64,000 bases of DNA from Takakia lepidozioides (lineage: Eukaryota; Plantae; Bryophyta), in the NCBI GenBank assembly GCA_030704615.1, contig CM060734.1, positions 34,100,001 to 34,164,000 of the forward strand, read 5' to 3'. The position numbers and the translations under genes are program-made. Numbering within the stretch: the stretch's first letter is position 1; every line of letters starts with the position of its first letter. Shown in pieces: positions 1-12,739 of the stretch. The notes beneath the pieces are model-generated. The model did no database searches, was not told the DNA's origin, and saw only the letters and a list, made by a program, of their open reading frames with translations.

Positions 1-73
1 ATTTCTAATCTCCTCCCCCAATAGAAGAAATTGTGTTGAGCAGGATCTCTAATCTTATGTGCGCATTCTTGAC

Positions 74-3000
74 AGACGAAAATACAGCAGGATTTGGCAC
101 ATGCGCGGAGGTTCTACATGGAGTCAGAGGAGAAGAATCCAACCCTCCCGGCACTCGAATCGTATGTCAAAGCTGCGGAGGTGAGGGCCCGCATAAAGTA
201 CAAGTCGCGGATGGTAAAGTACGTGGCCATAGCTGATCCCGCCCTTGGTGCCGACTTTCTGGTGGAGGTGGGGAAGCACTACTCTCGCGCTCTGAAGCCC
301 ACGATGACATTGGAGAAGCTCCATCGTCTAGCCACATCCTGTGTGGATGCAACAGAAAAGGTGATACATTCTTAACCAAATTGTGGTGGCAACAACTCCT
401 TTTTGTGGTGTTTGGCGCTTACGAATATGCTGGGTGGTTGGACAGACCCGGTGGCTCCAAATCTGGAATGGTTCCCAAAGTACCAGGACATGTGGAGCTT
501 CCCCAAACCGGACAAACTCTCTGACCCCACATTCGACATGTGGATGAACCGCATGACATGGTGGTTTCAGGTACTTCCCCACGCTTCGTTTGGGGCTTCT
601 ACTCTAGTAGGGGGTGGATTCATTGTATTTTTTCAGGAAAGCGATCTGATGGAGAATCTCCACAGGTGACGACGAATGCGCAAGAGCAGCTGGACACACA
701 AGCACATCAGTTCAAGATGGAGATATCTCCTGCAGCAGAGAGCCTACGTGACTATGTGACGAGGTACTTTCTGCTCTACAAAACCAACCTATTCTTTCGG
801 GAGATAGCAGATGCTCGCCGGAGCCACGAGTTCACCGACCAGCCGAACGCGGACAAAGCAGCAATGCGCCTTCTGTACAGGTACATACGCGCTGCCTTTC
901 TTTCAAGTCCTTGCATTTTAGGATGTTAGAGGCCTCATGTGGTGTTAGGGAAAATGGCGCCGAATTTCCAGTCAGGGCTCCGAAAATGGCTACGTCCCTA
1001 GACTGGCTGGCCCTGAACTGGAAATTCGGCGCCATTTTCCAATTCGAGGCCCTATTGCCGTTCAGGGACTTGGCCATTTTCGGGCTAAGTCCCTTGACTG
1101 GCTGGCCCGGAACTGGAATTTCGGCGCCATTTTCCAGTTCCAGGCCCTATTGCCGTTCAGGGACTTCGCCATTTTCGGGCTAAGTCCCTAGACTGGCTGG
1201 CCCTGAACTGGAAATTCGGCGCCATTTTCCAGTTCCAGGTCCTATTGCCGTTCAGGGACTTAGCCATTTTCGGGCTAAGTCCCTAGGGTGGCTGGCCCTG
1301 AACTGGAAATTCGGCGCCATTTTCCAGTTCCAGGCCCTATTGCCGTTCAGGGACTTAGCCATTTTCGGGCTAAGTCCCTAGGGTGGCTGGCCCTGAACTG
1401 GAAATTCGGCGCCATTTTCCAGTTCCAGGCCCTATTGCCGTTCAGGGACTTAGCCATTTTCGGGCTAAGTCCCTAGGGTGGCTGGCCCTGAACTGGAAAT
1501 TCGGTGCCGTTTTCCAGTTCCAGGCCCTATTGCCGTTCAGGGACTTAGCTATTTTCGGGCTAAGTCCCTAGGGTGGCTGGCCCTAAACTGGAAATTCGGC
1601 GCCATTTTTCCAGTTCTAGGCCCTATTGCGGTTCTGGGACTTGGCCATCTTCGGGCCAAACCGGGAAAAATGGCGCCGAATTTCCAATTCAGGGCTCCCA
1701 AGATGGCTAAGTCCCTAGGGTGGCAGTCACCGAAAACCGAAATTCGGCGCCATTTTTTCATTTCTAGGCCCACTCACATCCGCCCCAACCTGGGAAAATG
1801 GTGCCGAATATGCATTTCAGGGACCTCATTGTGTTTTTCATGAATGCAGGTACTGCAAGTTCTCCCTTTTGGAGAAAGGTCATCTGTCTTTCGAGCCACC
1901 ATTCTTCCTGGCATGGAGGAACCCTGGGGCCGACTCCATGCACACTGACGATATTGTGAAGGATCTGGAACATTTGCGTGATTGCCCTTGGTATGTGGAC
2001 CTTCCGCCCGGCTTGTTCGACCCATCCGAGTTTCAATTGAAGCTGGATGCTGAATTCCGACGAAACCGGGCTCCGCTGCCTCCGTTGGGTGCAAAAGAGG
2101 CAAAAGCGCTTGCGAACTCCAGGAAAGCGGCAGAGCTTGCTCAGGCAGGAATTCAGGAGAAATTGCATGAAAAGAGTAAAGGCCAAAGGAAAAGGACAAG
2201 GAAACAGGTGAGTGCAGTAACACCCAAAAAGAAGAAAACCATCGGGGCATCGGAGGAGGCGCAGGAGGGGACCCAAGAGAGTGACTCGGACGACGACTTT
2301 GTTCAAGGTCCTGCAACTGCTGTTGCTCCTACCCAGTCACCGGTCGTCCGGGTTCCCAAGTCAGTTCGGAATGGGACTGGATCTGCCAAGAAGTTGGCAT
2401 TTGAGGGTGAGCCTACACGGCGGTATTCGGCGGTGACGTTTACGCACAGGCCAAAGCTAGAACCTCCAACCATCATCCATGCGTCAATGAGAGCTTCCTT
2501 GACGCTCTCGCTGCCAGGGCGAAGAAGGTGGCACACAGCAAGTCTCTGGCAGAGCAGAAGGGGAAAGCCAAGAAGAGGGCTGGCGGTACAGAGCCTAGAG
2601 ACACCCCTGGTTTTAAAGCCATGATGGAATTCTTCACGGCTGTGAGCACGAATTGCAAGAGCACTCGGGGGGGGGGGGTTTGAGGTGGGGGGGTGGGGGG
2701 GGGAGAGAGCTTGCGACATGATTCTCGCTCGACATTCCAGATGGGGAGCTTTGCGAGGGCCTGGATGGTGTGCCCACCTGGCACGGTTAACTCTGAGGCT
2801 ACTGGAAAGCCGGTTTGGGCTGGCGGGGATGCTTCTGGGACGGTGGATGTGTGGTTGTCCTTGCCACGAGAGGGAAGACCACAGAGAATGCTGTGGCAAG
2901 GTGGACCCCAAAGTGTCACCCACTTCCTCCTCAGAAAATTGGTTCTGCATCGTACACAGGGTTGCCGAACAGAGGGCCAAAAAGTGTAAGTTATCAATCT

Positions 3001-4211
3001 ATTGCATTTCCCTTCATATTGTGGTGTATGTTAAGTAGACCCTAGAGTTGATCCCTCTTTGGTTGGATGTGCAGACATTGGTGTTGAGGCATATTGTTTT
3101 GTGAAGAGAGGGTCTACGTTCAAATTCCCGCAACGAGGTCGTCTTGTTGATGCCGTTGTGGACCCTGTACCTACGATGTCCTCTAACAACTATGTGCCCC
3201 ACTCCAGATTCGAAGGACACAAAGACAGGCAAACCATGGCGGTACACGCTGGACCCCCGAGCCCTGCTTTCATCCGAAACCCTCATATGGAATGCTCGGA
3301 TGTCCAAGGGCGGATTCTGGACCTCACATGCTGGCACGGGTAAGCCTTCAACGTGATCAGTTTGTCCCCTGGCCCGATTGCAATTGCATGCCGCAAGCTA
3401 TTAAACCGCCCACTTTGTTCCTCAGGTGCTTCAATGTGGGCAGGGAACGTTGTCCGACAGGCATGTGTTCGCCTTCGAGCCAGATACTGCCCTCCACACT
3501 CGGAACTTTGCAGCGGCTGAACGTCTGCCGAAAGAGGAAGAGGCATCCTCGGAGGATGAGGAAAAATCCGAGAAGGAGCAGGGGGAGGAGTTGGGATCGA
3601 GCCGAGGAGCCCCCGGTTTACGAGTGAGTGGTGGCATTGTAAGTTGCCTCCAGATTTTGTGAGACACCTCCCTCCGCTCTCTTATTTCATTGAAAACCCT
3701 TTCTGGTTGTGCTGGTATTGATATTCTTGAAGTGGATTTGTTCTTACTGTAGGATGCCAAGTACTGCCGGAGGGACGTCTACACCGGAGTTCATGGGCAG
3801 GAGGAACGTGTCTTTTTTTGCCAGGGGGATTTCATGCCTAGTCCAAAAAGGGAGTACATCCTTCCTACTTATGCTGCCCGGCTTGCTTCGATGTCCATTA
3901 GGAGGTGTTCCGAACCTAGTCGTGTACAGCAGATTTTAGACGAGGCAAGCCTCAAGAAAATGAAGATGAGGGAGAAGGCAACAGCTATTAGAGCCCGTCG
4001 GGCTCGTAGATTTGTCTTGGATTCTGCTGAGGAAAGTGGGGGAGAAGACGCAGAAGATTCCCAGGAGGTGAGGTGGACAGTCCCCCAAGGAGAGGACGGG
4101 ATTTTTGAGAGGCATAGTGGAATTGATGCATCACAGAGCTCAGAGGATGAGGGGGATGAGGGGGATGATGAAGAAGGTGGGGCAAGTTCCTCGGAGGGTG
4201 TAGGAGAGTAG
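74..4211 (+). pseudogene. Multi-exon, frameshifted TE-associated gene (5' end probably outside the window) with a C-terminal beta-class N6A/N4C DNA methyltransferase-like domain and an acidic tail
   Basis: ORF pieces 94-375, 403-669, 540-929, 1869-2624, 2685-3038, 3059-3356, 3426-3662 and 3834-4211 are joined by GT-AG introns (571-636, 881-1849, 2986-3074, 3340-3425, 3623-3752). Reading across 1-nt frameshifts gives CDMIL-x-DIPDG (2712-2745, motif IV position), GMLL-x-DGGCVVVL (~2826-2862, motif VI-like) and KPWRYTLDPRSPAFIETLIMECSDVQGRILDLTAGTG|ASMWAGTLSDRHVFAFEPD (3231-3485, motifs X, I, II). Confidence 0.65.
947..1830. repeat. 95-bp tandem array (~7 units) with inverted partial units at both flanks, inside intron 881-1849
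   Basis: Units begin at about 1001, 1097, 1191, 1286, 1381, 1476 and 1571. Near-identical ORFs at 1288, 1383 and 1478 confirm the 95-nt period. Each unit has two inverted repeats: CTGAACTGGAAA..TTTCCAGTTCCAG and GGGACTTAGCC-attttcg-GGCTAAGTCCC. Inverted half-units lie at ~947-1000 and ~1663-1720. Confidence 0.95.
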
Positions 4212-4505
4212 TGCCCATTCCGGCTATGACAGTTAGAACACACTTGTATAGACGTGGCTTGCCACAAAATTTGCAATAAAATGTTGCATTTCAAGTCCAC
4301 TGGTGCCACATTCCAACTTCACATGACCCTATTTCCGTGCCTCCTAACCCTATTTCCGTGGACTCACAATGGTCTGCTCATGTTTTTTTTTTTTCCGCTC
4401 ATGCTCATGCCGCTCATGAAATAGCAGCCCCCCTTCCAAAGAAATAGGCTCTGGTGCAACAACATGTACTAACTGAGGGACCTCTAAGACAACCGAGTCA
4501 ATTGG

Positions 4506-5000
4506 CTATGATGGATGTGGTACCGAAGTGACTTCTTCTTCCCTCTCCAAAGGTCGTGCTTCCAGTAATAACAGCCCTCTGTGCTGCTCTTCCCCATCTT
4601 GCACAGGAGCTATGGAAACATCATCATTTCGCGGTTTCCTTGAAGCTAGTGGATCTGCCACTATAGTCGTGTCCCTCTTTTGTCTCTTGGACTGATGCCA
4701 CCCCCTTAATCCACCTTCACCATGTGAAGAGCCCTGCTCCTCAATTGCAATAGTTGCTGCCTCAAACACTCACATCTTCTTACATTCTCACGCATCAAGT
4801 ATGCAAGAATCAAGAATAATTTGCGCAATCACTGGACCAGACACAATGATTGGAGACTTAGGAGCAGTGCCTTGTAACCGCTTCATCTCTTCCACCAAAC
4901 CATTGTACATTAAGTCCGCCCAAACCACATCTACCCCCCTCAAGGCTTTCAGTATCTCCTCCGTGAATGTTCTGCTAAGGTATTGTTGGTTCTGTTTCAT
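4506..5000 (-). pseudogene. Remnant of a retrotransposon-type accessory ORF
   Basis: LSRTFTEEILKALRGVDVVWADLMYNGLVEEMKRL...SGPVIAQII resembles the G-x-x-V-x-WA-x-x-L motif common in plant TE accessory proteins. It is split over ORFs 4788-5000 and 4506-4769. Confidence 0.35.
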
Positions 5001-6307
5001 GGCAAACAGGTCTAATGGTACAGAGTAGGATGATATGCAAAATCATGTGTAGATTTGCCTTGTAGTGTGGTCAAGGTTTCTTCCAGGCTTTTCCATGTGT
5101 CTCCCACAATCTGCACGGGCCGCTTCTGAGGTGATTCTTTCTATATTGAGTGAGAGGGATTGCAATAAGCCTTGGGTGAGCTAGTACAAGACACATTTAA
5201 TAGCACAACACGACACACTGCTGCAACAACAGACTGAGACCTACACCAAGCTCTACAGCTTCCACCATCTCATCAATGGCTTCGCTGTGAACACGACTGC
5301 TAACTAGGTACTTCAACATTAGTCTCTACAACCATGCTTACCCCAAATGGCCACTCTCTCGTGGTCCAGATTGTTAGTACGAATATGACAATGCTTTGGA
5401 CTGGGCACCCTGAAATTGATGGTTGGCTGCCACTGGAAATTCATGAAAAATAGGAGGCAGAAAAACTGCTGAGAGGAATGGGGACAGAGATAATGGGTTT
5501 AGAGTTTACCTGGATACACTTGTGCCTACCTGCCCACCCCAAACATAGAGCTGCAGACAGGTAATTGGGATGCCCATTATCATTCCTCTCAGCAGTTTCC
5601 TCACCACTTGTGCACTCTGCAACAACACGGAAATTTGAAAGTGAAGAATATTTCTTTTCTGATTGTTCTTTCTACCATGATGTCTGTGGGAGAATCTATT
5701 GTCTATTCCAAGATACTCAATCTCTCACAGATATCTTCCATTACGGATCAAATGCTGACACACGGCTCGTGGGGACACATAGCTACCTCTAGCCCTAAAC
5801 CTCTCTTATCTGTTTTGGGGATGTCAGGGAAGTGCTGAGCATTTATGTTGGTTATGTGGCTGGGCATTTTTATTATGATTGGAAGGTATGCATTGCCTCC
5901 TTTTGGCTACTACATTTGGCTTTGGCAAATTGTTCATAGGTGAAAGCTCTGCACGGTACGTGTTGTTTCTGTGTTTTGGGTGTTGTATCATGTTGTGCCC
6001 ATGTCTTGAGGGTGTCAGGGAGGCATGTAGCTACCTGTAGATTAATGTAAAGGTTAAAGACATGGAACAGTCGCCTAGTCTTGTCAGTTTAGGTAAGGTA
6101 AGATGGCAGTTGTGGGTGCAACCAAATTCAACTCTTAGATTTATCCCAGGTCAAATGGTATTACTTTCAGACTTTGGGGCAGGTCACTTACCTTCCTGTC
6201 AAGGAATGAGCCAATGTCTGTCTGCATGCATGTCTGATGTCTAGTAGGGGTTGGTGGTTTGTGTTTATGTGGTGTAGTGATGCATATACAAACCAAGTCT
6301 GTAGAGG

Positions 6308-9300
6308 TTGAACAATTTCGAACCAGGCATGGAGGAAGATGTATTTCAAACTCCTCCAAACAGTCCTATTAACCTACTGGCGGAGGATGCTGAGGCTGGT
6401 CTGATAAGAGAGAGTCCAACTAGGACTATATTCTTGGATCCAAACTCCATTTGTAGGGCCATTGATTCAGAAACAAACACTCTTGCTGTGAACAATTTCA
6501 CTTGGAGAACTCGAGGAGAGCCCAGTGTAAGCCAACATTACGTAAGTGTTGATCAGACATCATTCACACCAGAAGCATCTACAAGCCGCCGCACAAGTAA
6601 TGATATCATTCATGATCATCCTGCAACTATCGCTCCTGAAGGACCCCACCTAATCTGGAGTTTGAATCCAAGATTTGGAATTGTTGGAGAACCTTTGTCT
6701 AGGTCAGAATTCTTGAGCTTCTTGTGGGTTTTGCTCCCATTCACATTCACATGAATCGCTACTGTGGGGGCACCATTAGAGACCATGGATGAAGATACCG
6801 AAGGTCTGTTGCCCTTGATTTCCAAGTATTTGAAAACGATGTGTGGGTGAGGCCTGGCGGACATAGCATATGGAGTCCATAGTTTCAGTGGAGATTAGAA
6901 TATGGTTCAGATCTAGGTGTTTTAGATTACGACATACTCCTCACCAAGAGAGCAGAGATATTTTATACTGTTGTAAGTATTTGGGAAACTATGGTGGGTG
7001 CCGGGTGGGAAGAGAGGGCCACTGCTCTGTACGTTCCAGCGACATTTGAGTTGGTTGATTTGGAGTTCCCAGACACAGAGACCTGTCCTGGATTTGCACG
7101 CCAACATCTTGAATTGTGGACTTGGGGTGATTGGTAGGCGAGGTAAATTCATAAGTACGTTTCAGTTCCATATTGTTGCATCTCTTGCTTTGATATTGAT
7201 TGATCTGCTTTCATTGAGCTTAGACTGGCTTTTGCATTCAATGCATTTCTGGTTGAGACTATTTTCTGAACTGTATGGCAGGTAATTTTTGAGACATCAA
7301 CATGGAAGAAGATTGTGAACCTGTGGACTACAACATTCAAGATCTAAAGTTCTTCATGGAGAAGAGGGGTTTAAGTGGAAAGGGTCACAATCCTTGTAAG
7401 CGTTTGGGTGCTTTGGTTCGTATTACTGATGAGGTAATTTCCCAAACTTTTGAGAGGAAGAGACCTAATGGATGGAAGTACAATGGGGAGCCCACTGAAA
7501 TTGAGCACCAGAAGAGGGTTGAGGAGTTGTACTTTAAACTCTATAGCAAACTGCCTATCACCAATTCCGAAATTGGTGTGTCTCTTGCGAGGGGTTATGT
7601 TGCAGAGCAGCAAGGCCTCCCAATTGATTGGGCATCGTTTGGCGTTGGGATAGCAAAGGAGTTACATCGAAGGCAGGTTCAAGCTCCAATCAAGTACACA
7701 TCTACACTGAAATGTGTGAGTGTTAAGTCTGAATCCCTCAAGGTAGGGGCAACTGTGCATGATCCATGGGCCACCACATCCCATTCTTTTACTGTTGATG
7801 AAATTGAGCAAGTGGATGAGCTGGTAGTTCTGAAGAACGAGGAGGTGATCATGATGCGTGCGAGGCTTGCAAGCCTTGAAGCACAAAAGACCCAACAAGG
7901 TAGTAAGGTGTCTAGTCTCTTGGCAACAATGGAGGACAGACAGGCAGCAGCTTGTGAAGCAATGCAGGCTCTAGAGGGAGGGGAATGAGCCTTGGAAAAG
8001 GAAAGGGCTGTTGCCAAAGAGCTGGATAACAAGTGTGCAAAGCTTGGGAATGACAAGAGTGGATTGATTGCTGAAGAGGATGTGGCTAGAGGCACTCTAA
8101 CATGGACTGCTGCAATGGATGATTATGATGCTTGTATGGAACGGGTGCATTCTTTGGAAAGGGAGAACGACTACCACAAGCAATTTGCAAACAGTCAGAT
8201 GACTCGAGCTACAAGTGGAGAGCAAGCCTATGAGGTGATGTTGAAGCAGTACGAGCAAACATGTAGCGCCATTTCTACTCTCAAGGATCAGATTGTGACG
8301 GTGGGAAGGCAAGCGGATGGCCTGGCGGATCAGGTTTCAAAAATGAGGATTGGTAAAGGGTTAACAATTGTGCCTCTACCTGTTCTAAACCCTTCAGCTC
8401 CTTCAGCAAATTTGCACAATTTTCTGATAGTGAAGGCCTGTCCAGTGTGCCATGAATGGTTTCATTGCAACAACATGGTAGTTGCATCGTGTTTGCACAC
8501 CTACCATGCTTATTGCCTTGCCCAACATTGCTTGAGCTCTATTTGTTGTGCAATGCCGCAATGTGCCCAAAAATTCCACCCTGACTGGTGGTTCAGCATG
8601 GGCTATGGGGCTAGCAACGCTGACATGCGTGAGTATGCCATTAACTTGGGGCTGGACTTACAACGCAAACAACGCATTGCAGCAAAGAGGGATGCTTTCA
8701 CAGATGATGTGAAAGGTATTCACTCCTTCGAGCACTTTCTACTTTGCTACTTTTTATTTTTTACTTTGCTAGTACTTTCCTTAATGAAAGAATGGGCAAG
8801 GGTGTAAGGGGTTCAGGAGGTTTTGAGGGGTTGCTTCAGGGATTCCATCCTGTGCATCACTGGTTAAAGATTGGACCTGGATTATCCAGGGGTACTCCTT
8901 AATCAAAGAATGAGTCAGGATGTAAGGGGTTTGCTTAGTGATTCCATTCTTGTGTGTCAGTGATTCAGTATTTGGTAAGGGGTTGCTTAGTGAATCCATT
9001 CCTATGTATGAGTGGTTCAAGATTTGGTCAGGGGTTACCTAGTGAATCCATTCCTGAGCGGAGTGGTTCAGGATGTAGTAAGGGGTTGCTTAGTGAACCC
9101 ACTCCTGTGCATCGGTGGTCAATATTGTAAAGGGTTCCTTTAGGACTATATTCCTGAGACTTAGTGGTTTAGGACTTTGTAAGGGGCAGCTTAGACTAGG
9201 CTACTATGTGAATGGGATTTAGGGATTTGGTAGGAGAAAACTCCTCATGAATTGTTCTTTGTATGGCTGTAGGTGATCAGTCCATGTCAGTGACCGATGT

Positions 9301-10924
9301 CACCGACTTAGGATTTTCCAGCTCAAGAGCTATGGTGGGACTCTTTCCGACCTCTGTTGCAACATCCAACCTCGTTGTCAGTCCACATGATAGTAGCATG
9401 ACACCTAGACTTTCTCGCAGTCCAACCCCAACAGGCCTACCTATTTCAGTTGACAAGCCTTCTGAGCATGCAAACCAAAAAGCAACTAATTGTGCTGTGA
9501 ATGTCCTTGACGTGTCACCAAGTTCTACAGATTCTGGAAAGTTGCTTGCAGGGGATCTTAAGGTATCTCCAAATCCTCTGAATGACCCGCTGACAATGTT
9601 TCAGCAGCAAACAACACCCTTGAATGGGGAGGACCAGGCATGGTGCCCAACGAAGCCACTCAATCCAATAGAATTGAAGTTTGTTCCATCCTCGGCAGAG
9701 CCAATAGAGGTCATGTCTCTTTCAGAGAGCCCTGTGTCAGAAGCTGATCACGATCTTCAAGTGTCTTCAAATCCTAAGAAGAGAAGCCAGGTCGTGTGTC
9801 TTTCAGAGAGCCCTGTGTCAGAAGCTCCATCAACGGAAAAAGAGGTATAACTTGCTTGTTCTATTCATAGATTATATGTAATCTATGAATTTGTAGTTTC
9901 AGTTGTATTCTCCAAGGGTAGTATCATATTGAATGGACTCCCTCACTACTTGTTCTGTTTTTTAGCAGCCTGAGAATGCAGTGAAGGAACCAATGTCAAT
10001 GCTCAAAGCCCAGAAGGGGGTCGATCATGACATGGAGGTGTTGCTTGTTTTGGAGAGACCCAAGCCAGAAGTTCCATCACAGAAAGCAACAATGTGTGGG
10101 AGTGGGCCTAGTTCCCGGGCCAACAAAGTTGCACTAGTCTTACAGGTACGTAGAAAATTAGTCAGAAAGCCCACAATTCAATTTTACTATTGTGTGTTGT
10201 ATGATGCTACCCAGTGCTTCCATGAGATCTGAATGTGGGCATCTTATTTTTGTGCGTGTGACAGGCTCAAGAAATGATGAAGGCGCAAAATCTGAAGAAG
10301 GCTTCGAAGAAGGGGAAACATGGAAGACTCACCAGACCCGCTACTCACTCAAGTGACTCACTGCATGATCTTCATCCCTCGGTTAGTGACGGTCAAGGAA
10401 AAGATCGTAGAAAGAGAACATCCAAGGTGAACTATTCCCCCCCAACCAAGGAAGAGTTGAAACAGATGAAGGCGGTCATTGCAGCCCACAAAATAAGTCA
10501 AAATATGCCAGTGGGTGAAGATTGTGATGCCGGTGATGTTGCAGGCACTCAATCACAAGAAAGCAACTCAGATTCTGACCAGGATTCCAAAATTAACAGC
10601 CATGGTAGTGCAACTGATGATGGGGATTCCAATAACTCGCATGGCTCGGATGCTGATCACAATCTTCAAGTGTCTCCAAATCCTAAGAAGAGAAGCCGTA
10701 ATCCTCGCAAACCTGGACCTGAAGCAAGGAGACCAACGACTCGGGCGAGCTTGACACCACCAGGAAAAAGGTTCGATCATCAAGTTGTGGAAGATGATTA
10801 TACCCCACCCAAGGGGGGCGTCAAGGTGGCCAAGCTAGATGCTGTCAACCACGTGAAGCCAGCTTCAATGCAAGTACCATTGAAGCTCTCCAAGCAGAAG
10901 AAGGTGACAAGGAAGCGAAGTTGA
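6308..10924 (+). pseudogene. TE-associated multi-exon gene: N-terminal NGW..LY..DWA domain, coiled coil, RING-H2 zinc finger, long disordered K/R/S-rich tail
   Basis: ORFs 7302-7988 and 7992-8807 are in frame and separated by one TGA (7986-7988). The RING-H2 pattern is CPVC-x13-C-L-H-TY-H-AY-C-x9/10-C-x4/5-C. Downstream exons at ~9273-9845, 9969-10145 and 10265-10924 have GT-AG boundaries. The 5' exon (6308-6847) is uncertain. Confidence 0.6.
8806..9235. repeat. ~51-bp degenerate tandem repeat in an intron of the RING gene
   Basis: The core AAGGGGTTGCTTAGTGAATCCATTCC recurs near 8925, 8978, 9030, 9080, 9130 and 9181, inside intron ~8716-9272. Confidence 0.85.
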
Positions 10925-12739
10925 ATGACTACTCCTTGAACTCTTATTTCTCCAAGTTTGATCTATCCAAATTGGTACTACCTGTTTGCTTTTTTGTGAA
11001 GCAATGTATGTTTGTTTCAGGATGAAGCAATTGGAAACTCTGCAGATTTTGAATGGACTCCATTTGTGGACCTCACTGAAATTGCACTCTCAATTTGTTG
11101 TGTAATTTAGGGGTGATTTGATAAGAAGACAATTACCTCTTCCATAAGTATGAGCATATATGTGCAATTGGATTTCAGGCTAAGGCAATGACTGTGTCTT
11201 CAACATGTAGTGCACATTTGTGATGGGCAGATTGCTGAAAGATAGGCAGTGGTGGTGGGGGTTCCTTTCCTTTCCTCATGTCCTATCTATGGGATCTACA
11301 TCTACATCTACACGTTTTCCAGGGATCTTGGTGTGCCCTCATAATCCTACAGGTTCCAGATTCCTGAAAGTGGTTGTATAACCGCCTGTGTATAGGTTGA
11401 GTGGAGTGTGTGGTTCTTAGAAGGGCTACAATGTTACTTGCTTGCATGTTTTGGATTGTGGAAGGATTGTGGTCTTATGTGGAGGCATTTGGGCAGTAGT
11501 ATAGTTGAGCCATGGGGATTTTATAGGTGTTGCCCCTCATTGGCTTACAAAGGCCAGCATTCTTCTGTTTTTGATCTGAATGTGGCATTGGGGAATTCAC
11601 TGGCCATTCATGGACTGGCTCGACTGAGAAGGTAAATACAAATCAGCACAATTTCAATATTTTGGCATGGGTGGTTCAAAGATTGAAAGTTGCCTCTGTA
11701 TGTGGCATTCATTGTTTAGTTTCTTTGCAACTAGGGGGACCAGTCCGGGCAGTTCTAAATGTAATCTATCTTTCCAGCTTCTGTGGCAAATCTCCATTAC
11801 AACACAAAGTTAGCATTGGTGAGTTGCAACCAAATGTGTTGTGTCCTATGTGCTATGCTTGCATGGTTCAATGTAAGAGTTCTTGTTGGGTCTCTGTGTT
11901 GTTTGGCAAGCAGGCAAATCATAGGCAGCCTTCCCTACTTCCATTCATATTGAGAGGCTGTTTGCAAATGTGCAATGCTCAAGTACCTAAAGGTGCAAAT
12001 AGATTCAAGAAGAAAAACTGTGTTTCTGACTGGACCCCAAGCATTAGAAAATTTCTCCACAGATCTGAAAAATTGTGGGTAATGAACATTGCTATGCTTT
12101 GTGTGTTTGTGACTGTACTACAGTTGTGTGCACCTCTGACAACAGCCGACAGGCTGGTGGCCACAGTGCACTTGCACCTGGGCTTATTTCTTAACCAAGT
12201 ACATGCCCTACAATCTCTACTTGGAGAGAGGTTGTGCTGCTCTTGGGCATCGTTGCAGACAGCCACTGGCTCAAGCTACAAAGATGATTGAGTATGGGGA
12301 CTGAAGTAGAATGTTATTCCTCTCCAATGCAAACCAATCTTGTGTAGGTTATGGTGGATATCAGAGAAGTTGTGACAGAAGGGTTCCAATATAGCTTGTG
12401 TGGTGTACATACAAATCAAGGTGTAGGGTGCATGACTGTGGGTGATTCCAAAATATCCAAAGTGTTGACCAAGCTATCTACTTGCACAATTACATCACTG
12501 TATAGCATGCCAACACATTACACGAACAAGGATTAAAAGCATGCAACAATGGGCATGTTCAAGCTTTTTATAGGCCCCTTGTAGGAGCAGTAACTGCAGG
12601 AGCAGGGTGCACCACATCAGTCAAGAATTTGGAGCATTTCATGTCTAATCAAGTAGGGCAGAAGTCTGTATGAGAGTCAAAAGTCTAAATCAACCCTGCC
12701 GAACACCGGAGTAGTGATGTATACCAGACTAATATAATG

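Noticed and set aside
947-1830. CRISPR-like array
   Set aside because: The units are fully repeated with no unique spacers, there are no cas genes, and the context is a eukaryotic intron.
832-1843. Short ORFs (MAGPELEIRRHF...) in the 95-bp array
   Set aside because: Artefacts of the tandem repeat; the period is not a multiple of 3 and the array lies in an intron.
1990-2015. VDLPPG as the methyltransferase catalytic motif
   Set aside because: It is separated from the MTase core by a long disordered region; DMIL-x-DIPDG at 2715-2745 fits the position and context better.
11408-12536. ORFs of 209, 95, 75 and 61 aa between the convergent genes
   Set aside because: No recognisable motifs, mostly non-ATG starts, and composition typical of UTR or intergenic DNA.
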